Assembly: GCF_001194135.2 (NCBI RefSeq)
Contig: NC_068990.1
Span: forward strand, 79,820,311-79,884,310
DNA from: Octopus bimaculoides
Lineage: Eukaryota
DNA length: 64,000 bases
Direction of reading: 5' to 3'
Shown: positions 42,926 to 54,710 of the stretch, piece after piece
How positions within the stretch are numbered: position 1 is the stretch's first letter
Layout: each line of letters begins with the position of its first letter
The notes under the pieces: generated by a model
What the model was told of the DNA's origin: nothing
The model's database searches: none
Seen by the model: only the letters and a program-made list of their open reading frames with translations
Program-made: the position numbers and the translations under genes

Positions 42926-43412
42926 TGCTTCATCTTGACAGATGATAGCCATCCCATCAACACACACATCACACCCCATCACACAGTGCAATCACTCTAT
43001 TGATGAGCCCTTAGATGACTTTTAAGACCAGATATTGACTGACAGGGTTTAAAACACAAGTGATAGATATTGTTCAAGTTTCTTCTATATCTTTGCCGTT
43101 TGGAATATGATTCTGAAGGAATGCTTTTGTGAACTAGCATATGTCTTTTAAGTCTTTTAAGTCTTACAAATTTTGTCACAGATGACACAAGTCGCACGAA
43201 TCGGTTGGTGTCCAAGATCATTACCTGTCTGGGCATTTCGAGGAAAAGGTATAAAGACTGTGTGAAGGAAAACGTGAAGAAACTAGATATGAACAAAAGT
43301 GATCGGGAAAATTATGTTCTTGATCGGAACAAGTGGAGAGGTGCTGTTAGGAATGGTTGCCATGCCTGGGAGGAAAAATGATTCGGCATTCTGAGCTTAA
43401 AAGGGCCTGCGT
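42920..43412 (-). mobile_element. RTE-like LINE 3' end with an inverted 5' segment
   Basis: The minus strand 43240-42997 encodes two C2H2-like fingers (CVICDKIC..LKRHMLVH; HLCFKPCQSISGLKSHLRAH*), then a 3' UTR and (TA)n tail. The plus strand 43239-43412 encodes the upstream ORF2 part RKRYKDCVKENVKKLDM..DRNKWRGAV..RHSELKRAC. Confidence 0.8.
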
Positions 43413-43733
43413 ACCGTTACTTGATAAATTAAAAAATGCGTTGTTAATAAACAATAGTTAAAAAACGTATACATGTAAGACACAGAGGCTCTCTAATTCT
43501 TCAGTTATCAATCAGAATAGTAATACAGTTTCGCACCTTTAATGATAAGACTGAGGGGCTTCCCATTTTGGCTTATATGTACTCACACACACACAGACAT
43601 ACACACACACGCGCGCGCGACAGACATACACTCACACGTATATATATACATATAAAATATATAATACATGTATAATACATATATGTATACATATACACAT
43701 ATACCTATATGTATTATATATTTATACTTATTT

Positions 43734-43807
<74 letters not shown>

Positions 43808-44689
43808 GTCTATCTATCTACCTGTTTGTGTGTCTACCCATTATTATTATCTCGTACGCATATACTTAGACAGCTTATATAGATCTCTATATTTTGTTGA
43901 AGTCTGTACTGAATTCAGCTCAACATACGGTTGGCTATGGAGTTTCGATTGGATTTCGTTTCTAAAATTAGTGTTTTCCAAAGCCAGTGTACTGAGAAGG
44001 CGTCTCTCTTGAGCATAGATCTTCAACTTTGTCTGCGTATGTTGTGATTAGCAGCTCACATGTATATGGCATGAAACATTGATGCAATTAAGATGTTAGT
44101 TTTGCTAAGTCCTATGGTACTCTCGAGTTTAGGGTATCATAGGCATTAATACGTTTGTGCACATTGATTTACTATGAAATTCCAGTGATATCTATTTCGG
44201 GTATTTGCAGATTAATTTCTTGAAGTAACATACACTTCACCTTTGCAATGCGGAAACATATTCACTTTGTTGTTTCCCAATATCTACAACCCTAAACGCA
44301 AAATATATATACATAGTAATTTATATTTGCACAGATCTTTTAATTGTGAGAAAGTACATACTGAAGTGAATCAATCTTAGCACATATTTTACTACTAGGA
44401 ATTGAAACAATGATAGCCAAGTCAGACTTGGCGCAATATGAATTCTAACTATCGTGGAATTAAACTAAGTACTGGCTTAATTATTATGGTACTCTTCTAT
44501 GTTTGTCTTTCTCTTGTCCTTGCACGGCATATATTGTTTCTGATTTTGGCACAAAGCCAGCAATTTTGAGAGGAGGAGAAAGAGTAGTTGACCGCTGTAG
44601 AATTTGATCTCACGATGTAAAGAAAAGGGCCAGTTATCGCAATGTATTTTTTCCGATACTATAGCTATTCTACTAACCTACTACTCATA

Positions 44690-44902
44690 CTGGTTTCAAA
44701 TTTTGGCACAAGGTCAACAATTTCGAGAAGAGGATAACTCGATTACATCGTCCCCAGTGCTCAACTGGTACCTATTTTATCGACCCTGTAGGGATGAAAG
44801 GCAAAGTTGACCCCGGTGCCATTTGAACTCAGAACGTAAAGTCGGAAAAATGCCGCTATGCATTTCATTCTCTGCCGTAACGACTCTGCCAGCTCGCCGC
44901 CT
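44690..44902 (-). mobile_element. tRNA-derived SINE
   Basis: Reverse complement of the aaggcggcgagctggcaga head and body. Confidence 0.85.
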
Positions 44903-45201
44903 TATCCACTACTCATATTAAAAAAAAATACAAATACATTTCGAAACACATATGCACATACACAAACATACTCGTTTATACTCGTTCCCACAGGAATATA
45001 ACAGAATTTAAGATGAGTATATTTTATTTTGTGTTAAGCACTGCCATAAAATTTAAATCCTATAGTATTCCAGAAAAATATGTTGTTCAAACAAGTTTTC
45101 ATACGACTGTAAACAAATTATTATCTCCAACCGCTTCACTATCATGTTAATAAGATATGTCAGAATTACTGTGAGAGAAATGTGGAGATGAAGTAAAAGA
45201 A

Positions 45202-45235
<34 letters not shown>

Positions 45236-46437
45236 AAAAAAAATTGCCGTCAGATATAAAGAGATTTTAATGAAATTCATTTGATCGACGTTCATGAATG
45301 CCTGAGGTTAGTTTCTAGTTAAGTAACTACAGTTCACTCTGAAGTAATGTGGTCATATGTAGTTACTTTAGTATAAGTAAGATGGAAGCTCACATATATT
45401 GCAACCGGAGGGTATATTTATCTCCCCTGTTTTTCATTTCACGGCAGAGTTACATCTCTTACGCACTGTGATTCAGAAGTTCATATTTTATAACTGATTT
45501 GTCTTGGAAGTGAAGGTAAGAATATAATGTTTAGTGAAGCGAATGTGTATTATCGAATATCAACAATTAATAAGATGGGTTTACCCCTAATTTTAATATG
45601 ATTTCTTATCAAATATCAAAGTATATATAACAGCACTGAATTAATCAAAATGCATGAAACAACACTGAGGCAAACACAAGATGACCTAAATTATTGAAGA
45701 TAAATCTACAATTTTGATTAGAGACTAATCCATTCTCAAATATATTTGTAAATATAAGCATGTAAATATGTAGAACAAATTACAGGGTCATGCTGCATTA
45801 CATAGAAATGGTAGTGGACCTTTCTATACACATCCCTTCTAAAATTCTATTTTATTCTTATTTTATTCTCACTTAATCTAACTTAAGAAGGACGGGCGCA
45901 TTAAAAGTGTGTGCCAAGATGTACAAACGGACAGGTCTGGAAAACCTATGATAAAAGGTTTCCCGATCGAGGTTCATCTGAGGTTAAACAACCAGAGCAA
46001 AAACAACAAAATTATTTCCCGAAATTCGTACCGCAATGATAAATTCTCTACAGAAGTTAAAAAACTGAACTACAAAGGTCATGGACACGAACTTCACGAT
46101 ACCTACACTAAAACAATTTAACACACAATACACATACATTTCTACGCAAATATACTTACAAACATATACTCATATGGCTAGAAACTCACACATATACACA
46201 CACTATCGCACAAACATCCACATATATATTTACGTCATATCAACACACATATAACGTTAAAATTATTAGTTGACGTACAAATATATAAAACTTGATCATT
46301 CTCTGAGAAGTAAAGATTACAATGTACTGTATGTGCGTGTATTCGTATGTGTATGTGTGTGAGCATGTATGTCTGTATGTGCATATATGAGTGTACATAT
46401 TTTGTGTATTTATGTCTATATGATATATTTATTACTA

Positions 46438-46507
<70 letters not shown>

Positions 46508-47117
46508 CACACATATGGGAGTGTTTCTCCCTCTAAACACACGGACACGCACACATATTTTAATGTCTTATTTTGTCCATGTGCCTATACGCAAGTACTT
46601 ATGTATGTATGTATGTATGTATGTATGTATGTATGTATGTATGTGTGATTTACTGGAAAGTTATTTGAATTGTAATTTATTGTTCTGAAAGAAAACAAAA
46701 CATTGACTCTAGATTTAATTGAATTTATGGGAGGATATTAATTTTTTTACTTGTTACTTCAAACCGAAATTGTTTCGTATCCCAGTGGCAATTTTTCTCC
46801 TTTAGATTTTATATATAATGTGTGAGTTGTTATGAAAACAATCCTTTTATGAGTTCATCATATAGCGAACAGAATAATGCTGCATCAGGAGAAATACATT
46901 AGAGATCAACATTTAACACAGAAGATGCGAGAAGATATATACATAACCCCTCCCAGTCATTCGTTCTCACACGATACGCACATGTATATACGTACATGTA
47001 TATACGTACATGTAAATCTGCACATAAAGACAGACAGACAGACAGACAGACACATACACATACACACAAACGTACGGGTGTTCAACATCGTATTCATGGC
47101 TAAATATTTTTCATTTG

Positions 47118-47119
<2 letters not shown>

Positions 47120-47159
<40 letters not shown>

Positions 47160-47307
47160 CACACACAGACACACCGACACACACACACACATGTATATGT
47201 ATATAAATGTATATATATATATATGTACGTATGTATATATATGTTTATGTATATATGTATGCATGTATGTATATATGTATATATATATGTGTATATATAT
47301 GTATATA

Positions 47308-47380
<73 letters not shown>

Positions 47381-47425
47381 GTGTGTGTGTGTGTGTGTGT
47401 ATTTTTATATGCATGTATATATATA
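47120..47425. repeat. (TA)n/(TG)n microsatellite block
   Basis: Direct sequence. Confidence 0.95.
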
Positions 47426-47429
47426 TTTT

Positions 47430-47690
47430 TTCTTTTCTTGTTAAGTTTCAGTCTAAGGACTGCGGTCATGCTGGGGCATCACCGTTTACTTTACTACACT
47501 TTCACTAAACTTCCTCTGATATGTGACATTTGGTGGATGATGGAGTTTGAAGTTGCTGCCCTCATCTGTGTTTCTTGCCTAGAGGTAAGATCATCCGGAA
47601 CTCTTGACAGAAGGAGATCTAGTTTTCTTTTGAAGAAGCTCACATCCATGCGATGCAAGTCCCTCCGGATTTGTGGGTTATATTAAAGAG
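47430..47690 (-). mobile_element. 5'-truncated CR1/L2-group LINE 3' end
   Basis: The minus frame reads RDLHRMDVSFFKRKLDLLLSRVPDDLTSRQETQMRAATSNSIIHQ..* (stop 47486-47488), followed by the 3' UTR ccccagcatgaccgcagtccttagactgaaac. Clade assignment is from recalled motif resemblance. Confidence 0.7.
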
Positions 47691-47851
47691 CTGTGGGTTC
47701 ATGGAAAATAATATGAGTAGCTTATTAGCAATTTAACAACTTAAAGGCGAATTAATAGACGCCACTAAAGTGACAGAGGGTACTAATTAGTATCAACATT
47801 GCTAGAAATAAGAGTCAAAACAACTCAATAGCCACAAAGCACTCTCTTAAC

Positions 47852-47975
47852 GGCTGACAAGTGAACGTAAGCCCCGAGCGGTAAGAGTCACTGATGAGGA
47901 TTAAGATGCTACATTAAAATCCGAAATCATCGATTTGGCTATATCCGTTAGGGGCTTACTTCCCCCTTGTCAGTC
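47852..47975 (+). ncRNA. Type I hammerhead ribozyme with extended stem I
   Basis: Core CTGATGA 47891-97 and GAAA 47923-26. Stem II is GGATT/AATCC, stem III is ATC/GAT with a 3-nt loop, and the triplet AUU cleaves after 47935. Stem I comprises AGTCA/TGGCT, AGCGG/CCGTT, GTAAGCCCC/GGGGCTTAC and GGCTGACAAG/CTTGTCAGTC. Confidence 0.85.
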
Positions 47976-48368
47976 AAATAAACACACACACACACACACA
48001 CACAAATGTAATTATACATGAATATGATGGTTGTCCACTCATTAGACGGGCATGACCATCGTTGACAGTTAAGTGTCAGCTATGTTCTTGTCAGTCGAGT
48101 ATGGCGTGTACAACACTAAAACTGCTCTCACTAGAGGTAGGCCTTAACAAAGACCAGAGGTCCCTACTCCCAGTAGGCTTATAGCGCCCTCGGACACCAA
48201 CCCGAGTTTTCTAAGAGAAACAAGCAATAATAAACCTCTGAGCGAGAAGTAAACAGTTGCAGTACGGAATCGTGTAGTATATTTCTCCTTTTCCGAGATC
48301 AGTGATAATTTGTCACTGGAAAAAGCATGTAGTATTTTGCGTTTGGAATGAGTTCTCATCGGTCGCTG

Positions 48369-48427
48369 GTGATTATCACACACTGATGACGGGTTACTAC
48401 CCAGAAACCGGGGTCTTCGTGTCTCAC
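48369..48427 (+). ncRNA. Degenerate minimal type I hammerhead ribozyme motif
   Basis: CTGATGA 48383-89, stem II GGGT/ACCC (C.A mismatch at its base), GAAAC-CGGG-GUC with cleavage after 48415. Stem I is ACACA/T(TC)GTGT plus GTGA/TCAC. Confidence 0.5.
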
Positions 48428-48638
48428 GTAAGGCTAGAGATAGGAACGATGATTTCCCTTCACAAATACTAATCGGAAACAGACAGAGTGTCGTTAGCCA
48501 GCTGGAGGAGATGTCTTCCTGGGGCTATAAACAACAGTAGCATCGTCCCTTATGGGTCCGCTACATTTTAGGGACAAATATTCTTCACAATTCTGTCCTG
48601 CTATTTACTTCTTGCTCAGAGATTTATTATTGCTATAC

Positions 48639-48677
<39 letters not shown>

Positions 48678-48952
48678 NNNNNNNNNNNNNNNNNNNNNNN
48701 NNNNNNNNNNNNNNNNNNNNNNNNNNNNNNNNNNNNNNNNNNNNNNNNNNNNNNNNNNNNNNNNNNNNNNNNNNNNNNNNNNNNNNNNNNNNNNNNNNNN
48801 NNNNNNNNNNNNNNNNNNNNNNNNNNNNNNNNNNNNNNNNNNNNNNGTTGGTCATCCCTCTAATTTTTGTATGTAATATAATTTTAATCTTCGGATTTTT
48901 TTAATATGCTAGACCACTGGTTTTAATTGATTAATTTCAATTTCTACCCTCA

Positions 48953-48994
<42 letters not shown>

Positions 48995-49376
48995 CACCTG
49001 TAGATGTGGTATATTTATACTCATATGGATAGGTATAAGTATGAACGTATATACATATATCTTTTTATAAATAACTATATACATGTTAGCATATAGACAG
49101 ATTCTTTCATTTCTTATTGACCCCCTCCTACATACACAGTAATTCCGATGACTCATATATACTCTTGAGGTTACAATCCAATACTTTTCATAGTAACAAC
49201 ATTTGTTTACAAAAATCAAAACAAATACGATTATATTGATGCACAAATAAAAAATGAAAATGCGAGTAGAGACTATCCTATAAAAATATATAGAAAACTC
49301 AATTCGCTTCCTAAATTTAGTTGTGAATTATTATTATTGCCTGATAACAGACGCCATGTGTAGACAGATCATATAG

Positions 49377-49416
<40 letters not shown>

Positions 49417-49507
49417 ACGAAACAGCGACAAAACGGTCTGGTGTTATTTATAAATACATCATTTAAAAGGAAAACAACATATGTACAATAATGGCATTAA
49501 ATCTAAA

Positions 49508-50302
49508 ACCCGGAATTTGAGGAAACTGGGGACGGTATTTGTTGGTAAAAATAAGGACAGTATTTTGGAAGAAGTGTACAGTTCTACATTTGAGAGATTG
49601 GGAATTATGTACATTATTTACATTTGACAGATATTTGTCCTCATCTTGTTTGTTGTTTCAGCTGATATAACCTCCAGCCTTCATCAGGTGTCTTGGGGGA
49701 AATTTCGAACCTGGGTTTTTCGATGTATTTATTATTATTATTACTATTCTTCAGGTCACTGCTTGGAATCGAACTCGGAATCTTGGGGGTTAGTAGCCCG
49801 CGCTCTTAACTACTACGCTATATGCCCGTAGGCAATTATGGAGTGAATTTTAGTGCTTATAAATCTAATATTTTCATAACTGGAGTGAATAGTATGTTTT
49901 GCAGGTAGTTGTTACTTAATAGATTGTTACTGAGCTTGATCATTTCTTCGTGGTGGGTATCAGGATCGCTACTTATATTCTTTGCTCGATACATCTAACT
50001 TTGTAGATGTAGAGACTCAAAGCTAATACCACCTGGCTTGAATATAATGGCACCAGTGGATTCATATAAAGCTAGAAGAGTAGCGGAAAGGGCAGGACAT
50101 ATCCTCGTCCGTGAGAGGATCCTTTAAAACCGTTGGAAGAAACATCAACTAAATAACGAAATCAGAGAGGTTGTCTTTATTACTTAGGAAAATAACCGGA
50201 GATGATGATAGAAAGAGAATCCAACAAGATCTAGAAAAGTCGTATATGAAAGAATTTGAAATGGTGAAGACACGCCAGATTTAAGAAATTTATGAAACTC
50301 AA
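49508..50302 (+). mobile_element. Penelope-like element fragment: ORF N-terminus preceded by a pLTR-like region with antisense tRNA-like head and hammerhead motif
   Basis: 49990-50300 encodes (with frameshifts) LCRCRDSKLIPPGLNIMAPVDSYKARRVAERAGHILVRERI..KSYMKEFEMVKTRQI, resembling PLE ORF N-termini. The minus strand 49827-49655 has A/B boxes followed by CTGATGA-stem-GAAAC. Confidence 0.65.
49755..49827 (-). promoter_or_regulatory. tRNA-derived Pol III head (not a functional tRNA gene)
   Basis: A-box TAGCGTAGTAG and B-box GAGTTCGATTCC. No intact acceptor stem, and it is embedded in a repeat. Confidence 0.7.
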
Positions 50303-50520
50303 AGATGGCGAGCTGGCAGAATCGTTAGCACACCTGGCAAAATGTTGAGCGGCATTTCATCCGTCTTTATGTTCTGAGTTCAAGTTCTGCCGAGGTCGAC
50401 TTTGCCTTTCATCCTTTCGGTGTCGATAACATAAGTACCAGTTAAACTCTGGGGACGATTTAATCATCTTACTCGCTTCCTACGCAACTACTGGCCTTGT
50501 GCCACTTGTTTGAAATCATC
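50303..50520 (+). mobile_element. tRNA-derived SINE truncating the PLE ORF
   Basis: gatggcgagctggcagaatcgttagc head and family body. Confidence 0.85.
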
Positions 50521-51676
50521 ATTATCATAATGATTATTATCCTTATTTTACTAGGTTAATCTTTAATGTCTGTTTTCATTGCAAAACGGAGGCAATTTTT
50601 TGTTACTCGGTTACATGCAGTGTTTTGTTTACTTTCATTTCTGTTTATTGTACGGAAATGGCATTTTAGACTGATAACGATGTTTTATCCAATGTCGGAA
50701 ATAAAGAAATAATAATGAGTTCTTTTCTACAATAAAGCAAGATGTGAATGCACGGAAAGTGATTTCCTTCGACAACCGAATCAATGAAGATATTTTCTAA
50801 ATTGTTTCATACCTTTGGCTTCGATCTTTTCTCCTTTATAATTGAATTCTTTGGTTACAACTAAATTTAGTTTCTCTCATTTCATTTTGCTCAAAATTAT
50901 TATATCAACAGTATTGGGACACTGCAGATTTCCTTCTCAATGAAGTTAATTATATAAATAAGGATAACTCTGAACGTAAAAGAAAAACAAAGCAAATGAT
51001 TCTGTTATATATCATTGCATATACAAACACGTGCACACATGCTTTCTTGCGTATACAAATGTTTGAATACATGCGTACGTATATCTATTAATACACACAC
51101 ACAAACAAACACACACACACAAACACACACACACATATACACACATGCCTTCGTGAGAGCATACATACGTTTATATCAGCATTATGATATCTATACATAC
51201 ATGTATGTATACATGTATTTATATATGTGTGTGAGTGTCTATATATATATGTACGCACAAATTAATGTATGTGTGTTTCTGCGTGCATGTGCAAGCATGC
51301 GCAGCTACGAATGTATGCCTGTGCATATAGAGTATAATGTATATAATATCCATGCATGTTTTTCATTGTGTTGACGCGTGCTGTTTGGATATCCAGAGAA
51401 GAAAGGCTTACAATTGAAGCTAAAAACGTGACTTTTCTGAGAGATTTCCCAGGAGATTCAGGAACCTGCTATAACAAGGATTATTTCTTGGAGCTTAAGA
51501 TAATGGAATAGAAAAAGCAACACAAAGCAATTTCACTGCTATTATTTTCCCTTTCGACAGCCTTTCCTACTTCGACTTTCTGCTGGCTGGCATTCGGTTT
51601 GGCCTAACAGCCATAGAAGCTTTTCAGAATGGGTGTTATATTAACGTGTTTACCCTGTTATATATACCTCATACAA

Positions 51677-51737
<61 letters not shown>

Positions 51738-52071
51738 GACAAATTGTTGCAATAAGATAATATACAATACACTTGGTGCAATCCCTCAGGTGTATAATAC
51801 AACTACAAGCATTTTCTGGTATAAATTTAATGCATAAACAGCCAACATTAATTAACCTTCTTCGTGCAAAGAACTGCATAGAACATGTCAAATATACAGA
51901 TTAATTATTGTACGCAGTATATTCCGGAATCACAGTATTTAGGTTTTCTTTTGTAACAATAACGTCTTCGAATATACACTACTTGTTCGCCATACAGCCA
52001 AGGAATTGGCTGAATTGTATACCTGCATACACTAAAAAACATTCACACGCACATATGTACAGGTACATTAT

Positions 52072-52280
52072 CCTTTCTCCTGTAGGCACAAGGCTTGAAA
52101 TTTTTGTAGAAGGAGATAATCGACATAATCAACCCCATTGTTTCACCGGTACTTATTTCATCGACCCCAAAAGGGTGATAGGTAAAGCACGGCGGTATTT
52201 AAACTCAGATCGTACAGCCAAACGAGACACCACTACGCATTTTACCCTGCGTGCTAACGGTTCTGCCAACTCGCCGCTTT
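52072..52280 (-). mobile_element. tRNA-derived SINE, diverged
   Basis: Reverse complement of the family head (ttctgccaactcgccgc) and tail (tcctttctcctgtaggcacaaggc). Confidence 0.75.
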
Positions 52281-53813
52281 TATGTACAGGTATATAATAG
52301 TAACATTACATCTAAATTCTTTGCAGATGATAATTTTAATTCGGAAAATTCAGATTTCTAAAAATTTAGTCCTTAGCTGTGCCAACTTGCTAAATTAAAA
52401 TAAGTATGATGGAGTAATGTAAAGACGGACGAAATGCCGCTGAGCATTTCGACCGGTGTGCTAACGATTCTGCCAGCTCACCGCCCTGATAATGACAATA
52501 ATAATAATAGTTGCATCATCTTAACCATTTGAACATGTAGTGGGGGATCATCATTGTCATGTATTGAAAGGAATTCTTTGGGATTTTAATAATACTGCTT
52601 GAAATATGGGTGTTTCGTTCTTCATCCTTAAACAAACCTTATTCAGGGACCTTGTCTGCAAGAGGGGCTACTCGAACTGAAGAAAAAGGTAGTCTATGAG
52701 TCTCTCAACATCTACGGACATGACTATGTATAGAAAGCGATTCTATTTACAATTACAGCGTGCAAGACACATATAAGCCATCTGTACTTAATCATCATTA
52801 TTTGGGGAGAAAATATTTGGGGACAAAATGTACATGCGTTTTTGAATGGTTAATACGTCTTTCGCAATGTAATTGTTTTAGTTTCAACACCGTTTCTGAT
52901 CAAATCTCTTCTATTTAGTCGACCGATTAAAAAAAAAAATATATAAGTTAAACATGTCCCTGGAAAGGTTCTGCACTGTCAGCATAATTAACAGAATACC
53001 ATACTCCGAGAAGCTCCATAGTCACAACTCTTCATTACGAATGAAATCCAATGGAAACAACTGAAACAGGAATAATCCGACCGAAATGTTAACCTTTATC
53101 TATGTGTGTTGTCTTTGTCGAACTTGCTTCTCTGGTAGAATTGTTCATCGTGTGATATTCTTTTTAAAAAACTAATCAGAGATCATGCCTATCATCACGA
53201 CTGGCATCAGTATTTTGAAAAATGGCATTTGTAGAGACTAAAGTACTGGCAATGTTTAAATCTTCTATGTCGTGTTCGCCTTTGTCTGATATCGGAAATT
53301 AGTCTTATTTGAAATAATTGATGTCACGTAAGTTTCAGATGAAGTGGTCTTAGAAACAACACAGATATACCGCCAATAAAAAATGATATTAAAACGACAT
53401 GAAAAGAAAATCTTAGAGCTCTTAATACTTTGATTTACTGATGATGAGACATTCATCGAAATGAAGCAAATATTGATATTCTCCATAGTAACACCATAAT
53501 ATTACTTTTTTTATGTTTACGATAGCTGAATAATTGATAGCTGCTGATGGTTGGTGTCCCTAAAATACCGGCCTTCAAGTGATATTACAGCACGTCACAT
53601 ATCAAAATGCTGAAGAAAATCATGATCTTTTTGACCTATGACAAACAATCAGGAAATCTAAAGAAAACAATGTGAAATCAGAAACTCATGCAGAATTCAG
53701 TTTAGTGCAGATAAAAAGCAAACAGTTTGATATTTACAAAAGTATTTGTAATATCATGCTGATGTTAGAAGTCTGATGGTCGTATTCGAAATAATTATAG
53801 AGGTGAGTGTGAC

Positions 53814-53870
<57 letters not shown>

Positions 53871-53871
53871 C

Positions 53872-54306
53872 CCTTCTACTAAAGGCACGGGACCTGAAAT
53901 TTTGGGGGAGGAGTTAGTTAATCATATCGACCCCAGAACGTGACTGTTACTTATTTCGTCGACCCCGAAAGGATGTCAGGCAAAGTTGACCTCGGTGGAA
54001 TTTGAAATAAGAACATAAAGACAGAAGGAATGCGACTAAGTTCTTTGTCCAGCGTGCTAACGTTTCAGTCAGCTCCCTACCTTAATAGCGATAATAATAA
54101 TAATCCTTTCTATTAAAGGCACGTGGCCTGGAATTTTGGGGGAGGGCACTAGTCTATTACATTGACTCCAGTGTTTCACTGGTAGTTAAGCTATCGATCC
54201 CACCATAAAAATGAAAGGCAAAGTCGACCCCAGAACATAAAGACGGACGAAATGCCGTTGAGCATTTCGCCCGGTGTGCTAACGATTCTACCAGCTCACC
54301 GCCTTG
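53872..54306 (-). mobile_element. Two tandem SINE copies separated and flanked by (AAT)n
   Basis: 53872-54085 and 54103-54306 both carry the family tail tcc(c/t)ttcta(c/t)taaaggcacg and the head complement. Confidence 0.8.
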
Positions 54307-54710
54307 ATAAGGACAATAATAATAATAGTTGCATCATCTTAACCATTTGAACATGTCACTTAGTGGCTGACTATATTTGCATCTCTGATCACGAGCTGAA
54401 GTTGTGGGGGGACCATCATTGTCATGTATTGAAAGGAATTCTTTGGGATTTTAATAATTTACTGCTTGAAATAGGGGTGTTTCATTCTTCATCCGTAAAC
54501 AAACCTTATTCAGGGATCTTGTCTGCAAGAGGGGTTACTCGAACTGAAGAAAATTCTCACTGGGCCCCACTTACAAGGTCATACACTGTTCACCATGATG
54601 CGAGTTCACCATGTCGCTAAACATTTTGCCCGGCGTGCTAACGACTCTGCCAGCTCACTGCCTTAAATAATAATAATAATAATGATAATGATGATGATGA
54701 TGATGATGAT

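Noticed and set aside
49755-49827. tRNA-Ser(ACT)-like gene
   Set aside because: It has no proper acceptor stem and is embedded in a repeat, so it is treated as a SINE-type head. The same applies to the other tRNA-like heads.
53430-53470. CTGATGA...GAAA hammerhead-like spacing (similar words at 13592, 25435, 30163, 58443)
   Set aside because: Stem II overlaps the core or GAAA is misplaced, and stems I and III cannot form.
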